This document shows, piece after piece, positions 37,087-46,376 of a stretch of 64,000 nt of DNA (its first letter is position 1; each line of letters begins with the position of its first letter). The notes below the pieces were generated by a model. That model made no database searches, had not been told where the DNA came from, and saw only the letters and a program-made list of their open reading frames with translations. This stretch comes from an uncultured Bacilli bacterium. GTDB taxonomy: Bacteria > Bacillota_I > Bacilli_A > RF39 > UBA660. Position numbers and translations under genes: made by a program. Where the stretch lies: the NCBI GenBank assembly GCA_947627635.1, contig CANQWT010000001.1:18325-82324 (forward strand). Direction: 5' to 3'.

Positions 37087-37965
37087 ATGGAAAAAGCAAA
37101 AGTTTATTTTACAAGAAAGTTAACACCTGAGGCAGTAGTACAATTGTATCAAAAATTAGGAAAAGAACTTCAAGGAAAAGTGGCAGTTAAAGTTCATTCA
37201 GGAGAACGAGGAAATCAAAATTATTTACGTCCAGAGTTTTTAAAACCAATGGTCGACTATGTTCAAGGAACTATTGTTGAATGTAACACAGCTTATGAAG
37301 GTGCAAGAAACACAACTGAAAAACATATAGAACTTATGAAAGAACATGAGTGGAGTAACTATTTTAATGTAGACATTATGGATAGTGAAGAAGATATTAC
37401 TTTAGAAATTCCAAATGGTAAAGTTATTCAAAAAAATTCTGTAGGAAGTCACTTGAAAAATTATAATTCTATGCTTGTTTTATCTCATTTTAAAGGACAT
37501 CCAATGGGAGGTTATGGTGGAGCTTTAAAACAATTATCTATTGGAGTTGCATCAGGAAAAGGAAAAAGATATATTCACTGTTGTGGACATGATGGTTCTT
37601 ATGAGGATATGTTTCATCAAGACCAAGATAGTTTCTTAGAAGCAATGGCTGATGCTGCAAGTAGTGTAACCAACTATTTTAAAGACAACATTTTATATAT
37701 CAATATTATGTGTAATATGTCTGTTGACTGTGACTGTTGCAATGTTGCTGAAGACCCTTGCATGAAAGATATCGGTATTTTAGCATCCACTGACCCTGTG
37801 GCAATTGACCAAGCATGTATCGATTTAGTCACACAGTCAACTGACCCAGGTCGCAACCATTTACTAGAGCGAATTAACTCACGTCATGGACTTCATACCA
37901 TCGAAGCTGCAGAAAATCTTGGAATTGGTACACGTGACTATGAACTTATTGAAGTAGAACTATAA
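37087..37965 (+). CDS. DUF362-like protein with Cys cluster (possible Fe-S ligand set)
   Basis: CCGHDG and CNMSVDCDCCNVAEDPC Cys-rich segments. Overall resemblance to DUF362 proteins is from memory and uncertain. Confidence 0.4.
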   Translation: MEKAKVYFTRKLTPEAVVQLYQKLGKELQGKVAVKVHSGERGNQNYLRPEFLKPMVDYVQGTIVECNTAYEGARNTTEKHIELMKEHEWSNYFNVDIMDSEEDITLEIPNGKVIQKNSVGSHLKNYNSMLVLSHFKGHPMGGYGGALKQLSIGVASGKGKRYIHCCGHDGSYEDMFHQDQDSFLEAMADAASSVTNYFKDNILYINIMCNMSVDCDCCNVAEDPCMKDIGILASTDPVAIDQACIDLVTQSTDPGRNHLLERINSRHGLHTIEAAENLGIGTRDYELIEVEL

Positions 37966-38049
37966 AATTCAACAATTTATACCGTTTAAAACGAAGTTTC
38001 AAAGCATAATTTTTCAAATTTGGAGATACTAAAATTGAGGTGTATCAAA

Positions 38050-38505
38050 ATGCGAAAAAGAAGTGCTTTTTTCTTTGCTTTTCTAATCATAACAACAGTA
38101 ATCATCACATTTGTTTTAGACTGTTCTGCCAAAGAAAAAACAAAAGTCAAACAATATAGGGATGAAGAAATCATCAAAGTTACTCTATTGTTTTCGAATA
38201 AAACAGTAACCACTAAAACTTTAAATCAGCTTTTAAAAAACGAAGGACTTCTTTTAGAAATCTTCTTCCAAAATAATTTATCTTATTTAGATAAGACCAT
38301 GGAAGAAAATTTATCCCATCTTTCTTTTTTTACGATAGAAGACTATGAAAAGTCTTTTGAGGAAAAACTGTTACAATATGGCTTTTTTGATGAGTGTGAA
38401 AAAATTAGTAGGCAAGGCGTGTTATTAAAGAAAGTTATTGTCTTACTTCCTTATAGAAGAATGTTAACTTTAGAAAAAATGGAAGGGGTAAAAGTGGAAC
38501 TTTAA
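38050..38505 (+). CDS. Hypothetical secreted/membrane-anchored protein
   Basis: Signal/TM MRKRSAFFFAFLIITTVIITFVLDCSA. Confidence 0.4.
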   Translation: MRKRSAFFFAFLIITTVIITFVLDCSAKEKTKVKQYRDEEIIKVTLLFSNKTVTTKTLNQLLKNEGLLLEIFFQNNLSYLDKTMEENLSHLSFFTIEDYEKSFEEKLLQYGFFDECEKISRQGVLLKKVIVLLPYRRMLTLEKMEGVKVEL

Positions 38506-38553
38506 CTTCTTTTTATTTTGTGTTATAATGAAAAAAATAAAGGAGGAAGCAAG

Positions 38554-39471
38554 ATGGATACGAAAAAAACAAAAAAGGTCAGTATTTTAACAACCTATGG
38601 TGAAAATTTTTCTAAGAAACAGTTTATTACAAATCCTGCAATTGGTAGGGAAGAAGAAATCAAACAGTTGGTTCTTATTTTGTTAACTCCTGAAAAAAGT
38701 GCGATTTTAACAGGAAAACCTGGTGTTGGTAAAACAGCCATTGTCGAAGGTCTTGCATATCGTATTCAAATTGGAAATGTACCAAATCATTTGAAGGGCT
38801 ATACCATTATCAAAGTCAATACTTCTGCCTTATTAGGAGTAGACCCAGATAGTGGAGAAAGTAAAGTCCAACTATTATTAGATGAGTTAAAAGAATATCA
38901 TAACTTGATTTTGTTTATTGATGAAATTCATACTTTAATGGGTTCTAAAGGAGAAGCACTAGACTTTGCGAATATGTTTAAGCCAGGTCTTGACCGTGGT
39001 GATATCAAAGTCATTGGTGCGACTACAACAGAAGAATATGAACGTTATATTTTAAGAGATAAAGCGTTTGTAAGACGTTTCCAAAAAGTAGAAGTTGAAG
39101 AACCAACAAAAGAACAGACTGTTGGAATTTTAATGGGAACACTTCCTAAAATCGAGAAGAAGACTGGGGCAAAACTCTTGTATAGTCCTTATGTCCAAGA
39201 AAAGATTATGACTTTTTTGACAGAACTTACTAGTGAATATAAAAGGATTTATGAAATAGGTTCACGATATCCTGATATTGCATTAACTCTTTTACAACAA
39301 GCATTCTCTTATGCTGTATTTGATAACCGTGATGAAGTCAATATTTTCGATATTCAAAAAGCTGTAGAAAATACCAAAAATGTCTATCCTGATGTCATTG
39401 AAAAAGAATTGGTTCGCTTTCAAGAAATTTTTGCGAAAGAACTTCAAACAAAAGAAGAGGATAAAGAATGA
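38554..39471 (+). CDS. Stand-alone Clp/Hsp100 NBD1-like AAA+ ATPase
   Basis: Collinear with ClpB NBD1: PAIGREEEIKQLVLIL...ILTGKPGVGKTAIVEGLAYRI (Walker A), ILFIDEIHTLMG (Walker B), GATTTEEYERYILRDKAFVRRFQKVEVEEPT (sensor/Arg finger). No N-domain, middle domain or NBD2. Confidence 0.7.
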   Translation: MDTKKTKKVSILTTYGENFSKKQFITNPAIGREEEIKQLVLILLTPEKSAILTGKPGVGKTAIVEGLAYRIQIGNVPNHLKGYTIIKVNTSALLGVDPDSGESKVQLLLDELKEYHNLILFIDEIHTLMGSKGEALDFANMFKPGLDRGDIKVIGATTTEEYERYILRDKAFVRRFQKVEVEEPTKEQTVGILMGTLPKIEKKTGAKLLYSPYVQEKIMTFLTELTSEYKRIYEIGSRYPDIALTLLQQAFSYAVFDNRDEVNIFDIQKAVENTKNVYPDVIEKELVRFQEIFAKELQTKEEDKE

Positions 39472-39896
39472 AAGCACTCAAAACAGTTTTATATGCTTCA
39501 AGAATTACCTCAAATATTTTCTACTTAATTTTGTTTATTTGGATGCTGCCTTATATTTATGATGCATCATGGCAAGGACTTCTTTTTATTGGAACAACCA
39601 TTATATACGTTGGCTTAACGCTTTGGACACTTCTTAAGAAGAAGCCTATCTTTAAAGAAACGATTAGTTACAACTTGATTATGATTGCTGTATTTTTCTA
39701 TTTTCTCTTGGTGACACTTCGTGTTTTATTTGACCCAAGATTACAAAGTACACTATATACCTTAAATATGGAATACTGTAGAAATAACTTCTTTTTGTTG
39801 AGCATCATTTTAATTGGAATGAGCCTCAATACCGTTTTACTAGCGCTCATTGAAAGCGATAAAGAAGAAGTACCGAAAAAGAAAAGACCCGTCTAG
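39468..39896 (+). CDS. Small 4-TM membrane protein translationally coupled to the AAA+ ATPase
   Basis: ATGA overlap with the upstream ATPase stop. Four hydrophobic helices and a charged C-terminus. Confidence 0.45.
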   Translation: MKALKTVLYASRITSNIFYLILFIWMLPYIYDASWQGLLFIGTTIIYVGLTLWTLLKKKPIFKETISYNLIMIAVFFYFLLVTLRVLFDPRLQSTLYTLNMEYCRNNFFLLSIILIGMSLNTVLLALIESDKEEVPKKKRPV

Positions 39897-39912
39897 GTCT
39901 TATTTTTCTTTA
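39878..39912. terminator. Bidirectional intrinsic terminator
   Basis: AAGACC-CGTCTA-GGTCTT followed by ATTTTTC on the plus strand. On the minus strand GACC...GGTC is followed by TTTTCTTTTT, after the ldh stop. Confidence 0.45.
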
Positions 39913-40817
39913 TAAACACTTTGAATGGCTTCTTTGATGACGTTAATAGAATGAGTTAGTTTTGCTTCTTCCTCTTTGGTCAAGTCCATATATATCCGTT
40001 CTTTTACACCATTTTTTCCCAGAATACATGGAGTTGAAATGTAGACATCATTTTCCTTATCGTAATTTGAAACTGGAAGAATAATTTCTTCATCTTTTAA
40101 AATTGCATTGGTAATTCGTTGTAGAGCCATAGAAATTCCATAGTAAGTTGCCCCTTTTCGCTTAATAATTTCATAAGCAGCATTTCTTGTTTTCTCTTCT
40201 AAAGCTTGTTTTTGTTCTTCACTTACAAAACGGTTTATATCTTGTTGAGCAATATTTGCTTTACTCCAGGCCACAAACTGGGAAGCACCATGTTCTCCTA
40301 AGACGTAAGCATGAATGCTTTTAGGACTTACTCCAAGACTTTCTGCCATGTAGTAAGAAAGTCGGGCACTATCAAGACTTGTTCCTGTTCCAATGACTTG
40401 ATTTGCAGGAAGGTTTGAATAACGATAAGCAAGATAGGTCATCACATCAAGGGGATTTGAGGCAATGAGTAAAATGCCATTGAAGTCTGTTTCGTTGATT
40501 TTTGCTAAGATATCTTGATAGAATACATTGTTTGCTTCTAAATCTTTTAAACGGTCATTTTCTGACTGAGGAATTCCTGCGGTAATGACAATAATTTTGG
40601 CATCATTACAGTCACTATAATCTCCAACTTTTACCGTAATATTGTTTGGAGTAAACTGTAAAGTGTGACATAAGTCAAGACGTTCTCCTTCAAGTTTTTC
40701 TTTATCAATATCAATCATGATAATTTCATCGACGTTATTCATTTGGTTCACAAGAGCATAGATATAAGTCATGCCAACCTTTCCACAACCAATTACGACG
40801 ATTTTATTTTGGTTCAT
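39900..40817 (-). CDS. ldh: L-lactate dehydrogenase
   Basis: NAD-binding VVIGCGKVGMTY. Substrate/catalytic region IVITAGIPQSENDRLKDL, GEHGASQF. Confidence 0.85.
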   Translation of the reverse strand: MNQNKIVVIGCGKVGMTYIYALVNQMNNVDEIIMIDIDKEKLEGERLDLCHTLQFTPNNITVKVGDYSDCNDAKIIVITAGIPQSENDRLKDLEANNVFYQDILAKINETDFNGILLIASNPLDVMTYLAYRYSNLPANQVIGTGTSLDSARLSYYMAESLGVSPKSIHAYVLGEHGASQFVAWSKANIAQQDINRFVSEEQKQALEEKTRNAAYEIIKRKGATYYGISMALQRITNAILKDEEIILPVSNYDKENDVYISTPCILGKNGVKERIYMDLTKEEEAKLTHSINVIKEAIQSVYKEK

Positions 40818-40987
40818 ATTCTACCATCCTCCTACTTGTTAGTATAGCATACTTTTTGCTTTTCTATGCTTTTCTTTGTCAAGCTTTGTGTCAAGTAAGA
40901 AACCAAAAATTTACATTTTTTTCTCTAATCTTATAGACGATACAAAAGGAATTTAGTATACTTTAAATGGAGTAAGGAGTAAGAATT

Positions 40988-42313
40988 ATGAAAAATCAAA
41001 AATTGAAGTGGGTTTTGTTGGGACTTGCAATTTTACTAATTGTAGGTGGTGGAATAGGTGCATATCTTTATTTGAATTCTAGTAAGTATATCTTTGAAAA
41101 AGCAATTACAAAGGCAACAGATACACTAACAGCAAATGAAAAGGAGAAAGAACTCAGTTTTGATACCATTCATTGGGAGACAAATACCAAAGTGAATGAA
41201 GTAGAAGATGGGACAACAACTTCTAATCAGTTTGATGGTACTTTAGGGTTTGACCTTGATAAACAAAAGATGAACCTCAACTTGATTTATCTTTTAAACG
41301 AAGCAAAGATATTGGATTTAGATGCTTTCTTTGAAAAAAATCGGTTTTATTTTAAACTAAAGGATATTATGGAAGAATTTTACTATGTAGAAAGTGATGA
41401 AGATGTTTTCGCATCACTCGATACTCAAGAGGATATCGACTATTCTTATATTGTTAAATATACTAGAGGTGTAATTCTTTCAAGTTTAGCAAATAAGGAT
41501 TTTAAGAAAGAAAGTTCTGAAATTGAAGTGGATAATACAAAAAGTAAGACGACTAAAATTACTTTAAAGTTAACAGAAGAAAAAGTTTATGATATTTATG
41601 TCAATTTCTTCTCAAAGTTAAAGACTGATAAGAAGATGCTTGGTGAAGTTAAGAAAATAAGTAAAGATTTTGATACAAAAGATATCAATACGCTTATTGA
41701 AGAATTTAAGAAAGAGAAAAAGGATGCATCCAGTGACAACTATATTTCTTATGTGATTTATGTAGATGGTAAAAAGAACATTATAAGACAAGAGATTACA
41801 ACAAATGAAAGTGATACAGCTATTAGAATTGATTATCAACAAGATAAGGATAAGAAAAATTATCGAGCAATTTCTGTCATGAGTAACAAACAGGAACTCG
41901 TTTCTTTCATCCTCAAAGATAAGAATGAAAAAGAAGCAGATATTACATTACAAAGTGCTTTTGTAAGTGCGAAAGGAACTCTTGAATATAGTGATAAATT
42001 ATTTGATTTAAAACTAACAATCAATGATTTCCTAGGAAATAAAGTAGGAGACGTTAGTTGTTATTTCAAAGAAGAGAATAAAAAAGAATATACTGTGAAT
42101 GTCCAATTTAGTTATAATGATGGAGAAAATCAAGTTCAATTGAATTCTCAAAACAAAATGATTTTGGACAAAGCATTGGAAGAGTTTGATACAAAAGGAA
42201 GTAAGAATGTTGATGCCTTAACCGAAGAAGAACAAGCAAACTTCTTCCTCAAACTCCAAGAATATTTTGCAACAACTTTATTGGGAAATAGTATGTTAGA
42301 AAATATGATATAA
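40988..42313 (+). CDS. Hypothetical membrane-anchored extracytoplasmic protein, 441 aa
   Basis: N-terminal TM segment. No recognised motif. Confidence 0.45.
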   Translation: MKNQKLKWVLLGLAILLIVGGGIGAYLYLNSSKYIFEKAITKATDTLTANEKEKELSFDTIHWETNTKVNEVEDGTTTSNQFDGTLGFDLDKQKMNLNLIYLLNEAKILDLDAFFEKNRFYFKLKDIMEEFYYVESDEDVFASLDTQEDIDYSYIVKYTRGVILSSLANKDFKKESSEIEVDNTKSKTTKITLKLTEEKVYDIYVNFFSKLKTDKKMLGEVKKISKDFDTKDINTLIEEFKKEKKDASSDNYISYVIYVDGKKNIIRQEITTNESDTAIRIDYQQDKDKKNYRAISVMSNKQELVSFILKDKNEKEADITLQSAFVSAKGTLEYSDKLFDLKLTINDFLGNKVGDVSCYFKEENKKEYTVNVQFSYNDGENQVQLNSQNKMILDKALEEFDTKGSKNVDALTEEEQANFFLKLQEYFATTLLGNSMLENMI

Positions 42314-42414
42314 AAGATTTCCAAAGAAAAACAAATAGCCAAATTGGAAGACTATTTGTTTTTTTATGTTCGCTTGTTTTAGAATGAGCTTTAGTTTTTA
42401 CATTTTCTTTTATC

Positions 42415-42789
42415 TTATTTTCCTTCACGTTTATAAGTATCATATAATTCTTTAAAACGATTAAAGTGAACAATTTCACGTTGTCTTAACCAGAGAAGTG
42501 GTCCTAAAATGTCAGGGTCATCTGTTAAATCGATTAGATTTTCATAGACAGCTCTTGCTTTTTGTTCGGCTGCCATATCTTCAGAAAGGTCGGCAAAGAA
42601 ATCTCCTGTTGTTGAGACATAAGTAATTGTAAAAGGAACACTATCTGCATCAGTTGGATAAAGTGCTTTTCCATGTTCTGTGTAGTGCGCATCAAGTCCT
42701 GCTTTTTTCATTTCCTCTGGAGTTGCATCTTTAGTCAGTTGATAGAGCATGGTAGAAATAATTTCCACATGAGCAAGTTCTTCTGAATA
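42415..42789 (-). pseudogene. cotJC: 3' half of spore-coat Mn-catalase-like gene cotJC, separated from its 5' half by the prophage insertion
   Basis: EELAHVEIISTMLYQLTKDATPEEMKKAGL...AEQKARAVYENLIDLTDDPDILGPLLWLRQREIVHFNRF aligns with the C-terminal ~115 aa of B. subtilis CotJC (EEFAHLEMIATMVYKLTKDATPEQL...AEEKARATYQWLIDISDDPDL...LREREIVH). The frame stays open upstream but homology stops near 42787-42790, and there is no start or RBS. Confidence 0.7.
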
Positions 42790-42884
42790 ACAACGATTGA
42801 AATAAATGTTAGTGATACTTTTATTTATGTCTAACGTAAATGTTCTAAAGAATGAGAACGTTTACGATTAAAGTATAAACAGTG

Positions 42885-44693
42885 CTAGAATTTTGGGTGT
42901 ATTACAATGGAAAAATTATTCTCGTAACCACGTCCGCCCTTATCTTTTTTATATTCTATATAAGATATAACAGACTTTAAAAGTTTGTTTTTCTTTTCTA
43001 TAGAATTAACTTTATTGTATGAATTTATTACTTTTTCTATTTTAGGTAATAACTTTTCTATACTATTTTTATTTAATTTAGATTGGTATTTATTTAATTC
43101 TTTTTCTGTATTTTTGATTCTATCTTTAATTACTTTTGTACGTTCTGTAAATTCTTTAGATGTATATATTCCTTGTTCTACTAATTCGTATGCTTTTTCT
43201 AGTTGTTTGTTATATTTCTCTAAATCTTTACTTAAAGAAATAGCCATAATATTATCTTCTTCCTCAGCTGGAATATATGTACTTAATAATTCTTTTTGAG
43301 TAGTAGCGTACTCTTTTAATCCGTTTATTACTTCTTTTTCAACGATAGAAAGATTAGAACCTATATTAGTACAATGAGCTTTAGAACATATTAAAGTGTC
43401 TTCGTGAGGGCTTATAATATTTTCTTCAAAAGTCATAATTGATTTATCAAACTCTGTTGTTGTTATATTTAATAAGTTTTTTAATTGTTCCCATTTATCA
43501 GCATAAGGAATAGTAAATTTATCTATAGTAGCTGAGAACCAATGATCTACGACACTTTTACTTATATGTAGTTCGTTAGCTATATCACGTAAACTATATT
43601 CTCCTTTATGTTCTCTTAAACATAGTCTCAATTTATCTTTATCGACTTCATACTTGCGTCTTAACTTTGGCTCTTGACCTTTAATTTCGTAATATGGTCG
43701 TCTTTGCATAGTTCTTCCGCAATCAGCACATTTTATCAAAGTAGCTAACGGATTCTGTAAATCAGTACCGTGTTTTGTACTTGTATTTCTAGGCTCTATT
43801 TTTTGTACTATATCAAACAAAGTTTGATCTATAATAGCTTCGTGTAATCCCTCGACTATAATAAGATCTTCTTTATTTCCTCTTTTACGAGTTTTTATAA
43901 TCTGACCGTTAACAAGACTTTTTTGTTGTTTATTATTATTCCACCTTATTTTCCCTAGATAGATTGGATTAGATAACATTCCTTTAATTGTAGACGGAGT
44001 CCATACATCAGACGTTTTAGGCTTAAAATCAGTTGTATTAAGCCAATTACATATTATATTATGTCCCATTCCGTCAGCTCTTTTTTGAAATATCTGTTTA
44101 ACAATTTCCGCTTCTTCTGGTATTATTTCTAAGGTAAAGCCTTTAGCGTATTTTATTTTTACTTTTTTATAGCCAAAAGGTGGCTCAGAAGCACAGTATT
44201 TTCCCTCTAGTACATTTGCAAGTCTTCCACGTTGCATACGCCTATTTATGGTTTTATATTCACGTCTAGACATAAATAATCCAAACTCGAAGTATTCTTC
44301 GTCTTCTTCACTATTAGGATCGTAGATTTTATTAAGAGTTATTATTTTAGTATTAGAGTATTTAAAAGCTTGAGCTACAACTCCTTGATCTTTAGCGTCT
44401 CCACGTGTAAGACGTTCTACTTCTACAACTAATATTCCGTCTACTTCGCCAGTTTCAATATTTTTAAGAATCTTTTGTATTTCTGGACGCTCTTGTATAG
44501 ATTCTCCAGATACAACCTCTTTATATATTTTACGAATTTTTATTCCTAGTTGTTTAGCTCTATCTTTTAAGAATTTTTCGTGTTGCTTTAACGTATCAAA
44601 TTTTTTAATTCGTTCCAATTCCATATCGGCACGAGATTTTCTTAAATAAACATCATATATTCCGTTTGGATCTAACGTAACAGTATTATACAT
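42885..44693 (-). CDS. Large serine recombinase (phage integrase, SprA/SpoIVCA-like class)
   Basis: N-terminal resolvase-type catalytic domain (YLRKSRAD...ILVVEVERLTRGDAKD), recombinase domain, Cys pair CADCGRTM zinc ribbon, and long coiled-coil C-terminus. Lies ~95 nt from the cotJC junction. Confidence 0.8.
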   Translation of the reverse strand: MYNTVTLDPNGIYDVYLRKSRADMELERIKKFDTLKQHEKFLKDRAKQLGIKIRKIYKEVVSGESIQERPEIQKILKNIETGEVDGILVVEVERLTRGDAKDQGVVAQAFKYSNTKIITLNKIYDPNSEEDEEYFEFGLFMSRREYKTINRRMQRGRLANVLEGKYCASEPPFGYKKVKIKYAKGFTLEIIPEEAEIVKQIFQKRADGMGHNIICNWLNTTDFKPKTSDVWTPSTIKGMLSNPIYLGKIRWNNNKQQKSLVNGQIIKTRKRGNKEDLIIVEGLHEAIIDQTLFDIVQKIEPRNTSTKHGTDLQNPLATLIKCADCGRTMQRRPYYEIKGQEPKLRRKYEVDKDKLRLCLREHKGEYSLRDIANELHISKSVVDHWFSATIDKFTIPYADKWEQLKNLLNITTTEFDKSIMTFEENIISPHEDTLICSKAHCTNIGSNLSIVEKEVINGLKEYATTQKELLSTYIPAEEEDNIMAISLSKDLEKYNKQLEKAYELVEQGIYTSKEFTERTKVIKDRIKNTEKELNKYQSKLNKNSIEKLLPKIEKVINSYNKVNSIEKKNKLLKSVISYIEYKKDKGGRGYENNFSIVIHPKF

Positions 44694-44694
44694 C

Positions 44695-44965
44695 TTACAC
44701 CTCCTCACTTTCTAATATTTTATCTACTTCTTTTTCATATTCGGCTATTTTTGATTTATCATAATTTTTTAAATGTCCTAGTTTATAATGTAATATTTCG
44801 TGTCTAAAATGACTTTTCTTTTTGTACGTCAGAAATAGAATCGTTAATTACTATATAAATACTATCGTCTAATTCTAAAATAAAGGCTCTAATTTTATTA
44901 GGTAACTTCATTATTTTTAATTTCAAACCGTATTTTTCGGCAATTTTCGACATTCTTTCGTACAT
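44695..44965 (-). pseudogene. ImmA/IrrE-family HEXXH metalloprotease (anti-repressor protease), apparently frameshifted at an A5 run
   Basis: N-terminal frame: MYERMSKIAEKYGLKLKIMKLPNKIRAFILELDDSIYIVINDSISDVQKEKSF*. The downstream +1 frame continues KKSHFRHEILHYKLGHL... (HEILH). Deleting one A from GTACAAAAAGAAAAGTC restores ...SDVQKKSHFRHEILH. RBS GGAGGTA precedes the start. Confidence 0.5.
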
Positions 44966-45001
44966 AAGTAATACCTCCTAAGACACAGGTACTACTTAAA
45001 A

Positions 45002-45532
45002 TTAGTGTCTATTTCTAGGCTTATAAATATAGCCATTTTCTTTTTTCTTTTGTAGATCTTCTAAAGTCTTATCTATAGTGTCTTTGAATATAGTATCATA
45101 TTTATAAATTGAAATATTTTTGCTAGTATTCAATACTTTAATAGCCTCGTCCAATCTATTCATTTTTACTAATAACTGTGATTCATACATTCTAGGTGGG
45201 GTAAGATATTCCATATCTATACCAGTTTTAGCGTTAAGTTCTATAATTTTCATTATTGAGTTATCAGCTAGCCTACAATGTAGTAAAGCTTTATCAAAGT
45301 TATATTCTTTTTCATATTTTTTAGCTAGTGCTAAATTTTCTTGATAGCTATTATAATAAAAATCGGTTTGTTGGTTGATTTCATTAAATTTACTATCAAT
45401 AGTTTTTTTATTATTTCTAAGATTCTTTCTTTTTTTATTTATTGCTAGTAATATACAAATAATATTTCCTATACCAGCTGTAGTAAAAAAAAGAATAATC
45501 TGTTTAGTTATTTTTTTCATTATTTTTGTCAT
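45002..45532 (-). CDS. Membrane-anchored protein in lysogeny module (superinfection-exclusion/abortive-infection candidate)
   Basis: N-terminal TM and a helical C-terminal domain. Located between the integrase and the repressor. Confidence 0.4.
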   Translation of the reverse strand: MTKIMKKITKQIILFFTTAGIGNIICILLAINKKRKNLRNNKKTIDSKFNEINQQTDFYYNSYQENLALAKKYEKEYNFDKALLHCRLADNSIMKIIELNAKTGIDMEYLTPPRMYESQLLVKMNRLDEAIKVLNTSKNISIYKYDTIFKDTIDKTLEDLQKKKENGYIYKPRNRH

Positions 45533-45929
45533 CTTTCTTGATAATAGTAACTATATCGACAAATTGTTTTAATTCGTCTTCGTTTAAGTCGCCCAGTTTA
45601 TCAAAAAGGACTTTTGCATTTTCATTTTTTACTAAATGATTAAATTTATCATATAATTCATTATCATTTATATATTTATCTATACGAGATAAATCCTCGT
45701 CTTCTATATAGTTACAAGCTTTTAATAATTCTTCATAAGTAACTATACCGTGGCTACCTTTGGAAATTTTTTTGAGAGTTTCTGGACTAGGAGGGTTAAC
45801 AAAATTTCCATTTAGTAATCTTGATAAATGACCTGCATTAACTTGACAAGATAGTGCAAATTGATTCAAAGTTTTATCTCCTTGAGCTTTTTTTATTAAA
45901 TTTATCAATTCATCATAATTTTTTTTCAT
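45504..45929 (-). CDS. XRE-family HTH repressor (CI-like)
   Basis: HTH LNQFALSCQVNAGHLSRLLNG. Divergent from the cro-like gene across the operator region. Confidence 0.65.
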   Translation of the reverse strand: MKKNYDELINLIKKAQGDKTLNQFALSCQVNAGHLSRLLNGNFVNPPSPETLKKISKGSHGIVTYEELLKACNYIEDEDLSRIDKYINDNELYDKFNHLVKNENAKVLFDKLGDLNEDELKQFVDIVTIIKKDDKNNEKNN

Positions 45930-46023
45930 TTATTTTTACACCCACTTTCCCTTTGTTTACAGGCAATATTATACTATATTTTGTTGCTTCCGTGCAAAGT
46001 TTTTTGAAAATTTTTAAAAAAAG

Positions 46024-46074
46024 TATTGCATTGGTGCAATAATTATGTTATATTAGTATTGCATTGAAGCAATA
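46024..46074. promoter_or_regulatory. Two operator copies in the CI/Cro divergent promoter region
   Basis: TATTGCATTGGTGCAATA (46024-46041; 7-4-7 inverted repeat) and TATTGCATTGAAGCAATA (46057-46074). TTATAT and TATATTAG -10-like elements lie between them. Confidence 0.5.
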
Positions 46075-46102
46075 GAGAAAGTTAAAAGGAGGTTTCAATA
46101 GT

Positions 46103-46312
46103 ATGTTAAATGTAGAAAAATTTACAGAATTGGTAGAAGTAAAATTCAATAATAATTATACCAGTTGTGCGAAAGAAATAGGCGTGAATGTAAGTACTAT
46201 ATCAAGAATCCTTAATAAAGAAGTAGAACCTAGTACAAAGTTTATTAAGTTATTTGCTGAATATTGTAAAAAAAATAAAATTGATTTTAAAAAGTATATT
46301 TTTTTAGCTTAA
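46103..46312 (+). CDS. Cro-like XRE HTH protein
   Basis: HTH CAKEIGVNVSTISRILN. AAAGGAGG RBS. Confidence 0.55.
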   Translation: MLNVEKFTELVEVKFNNNYTSCAKEIGVNVSTISRILNKEVEPSTKFIKLFAEYCKKNKIDFKKYIFLA

Positions 46313-46376
46313 TCGTTGCGTACACGCAATAACAAAAGAAAAGTTTTGAAGAATAAGATTAAATAGGAGGGTAGTT

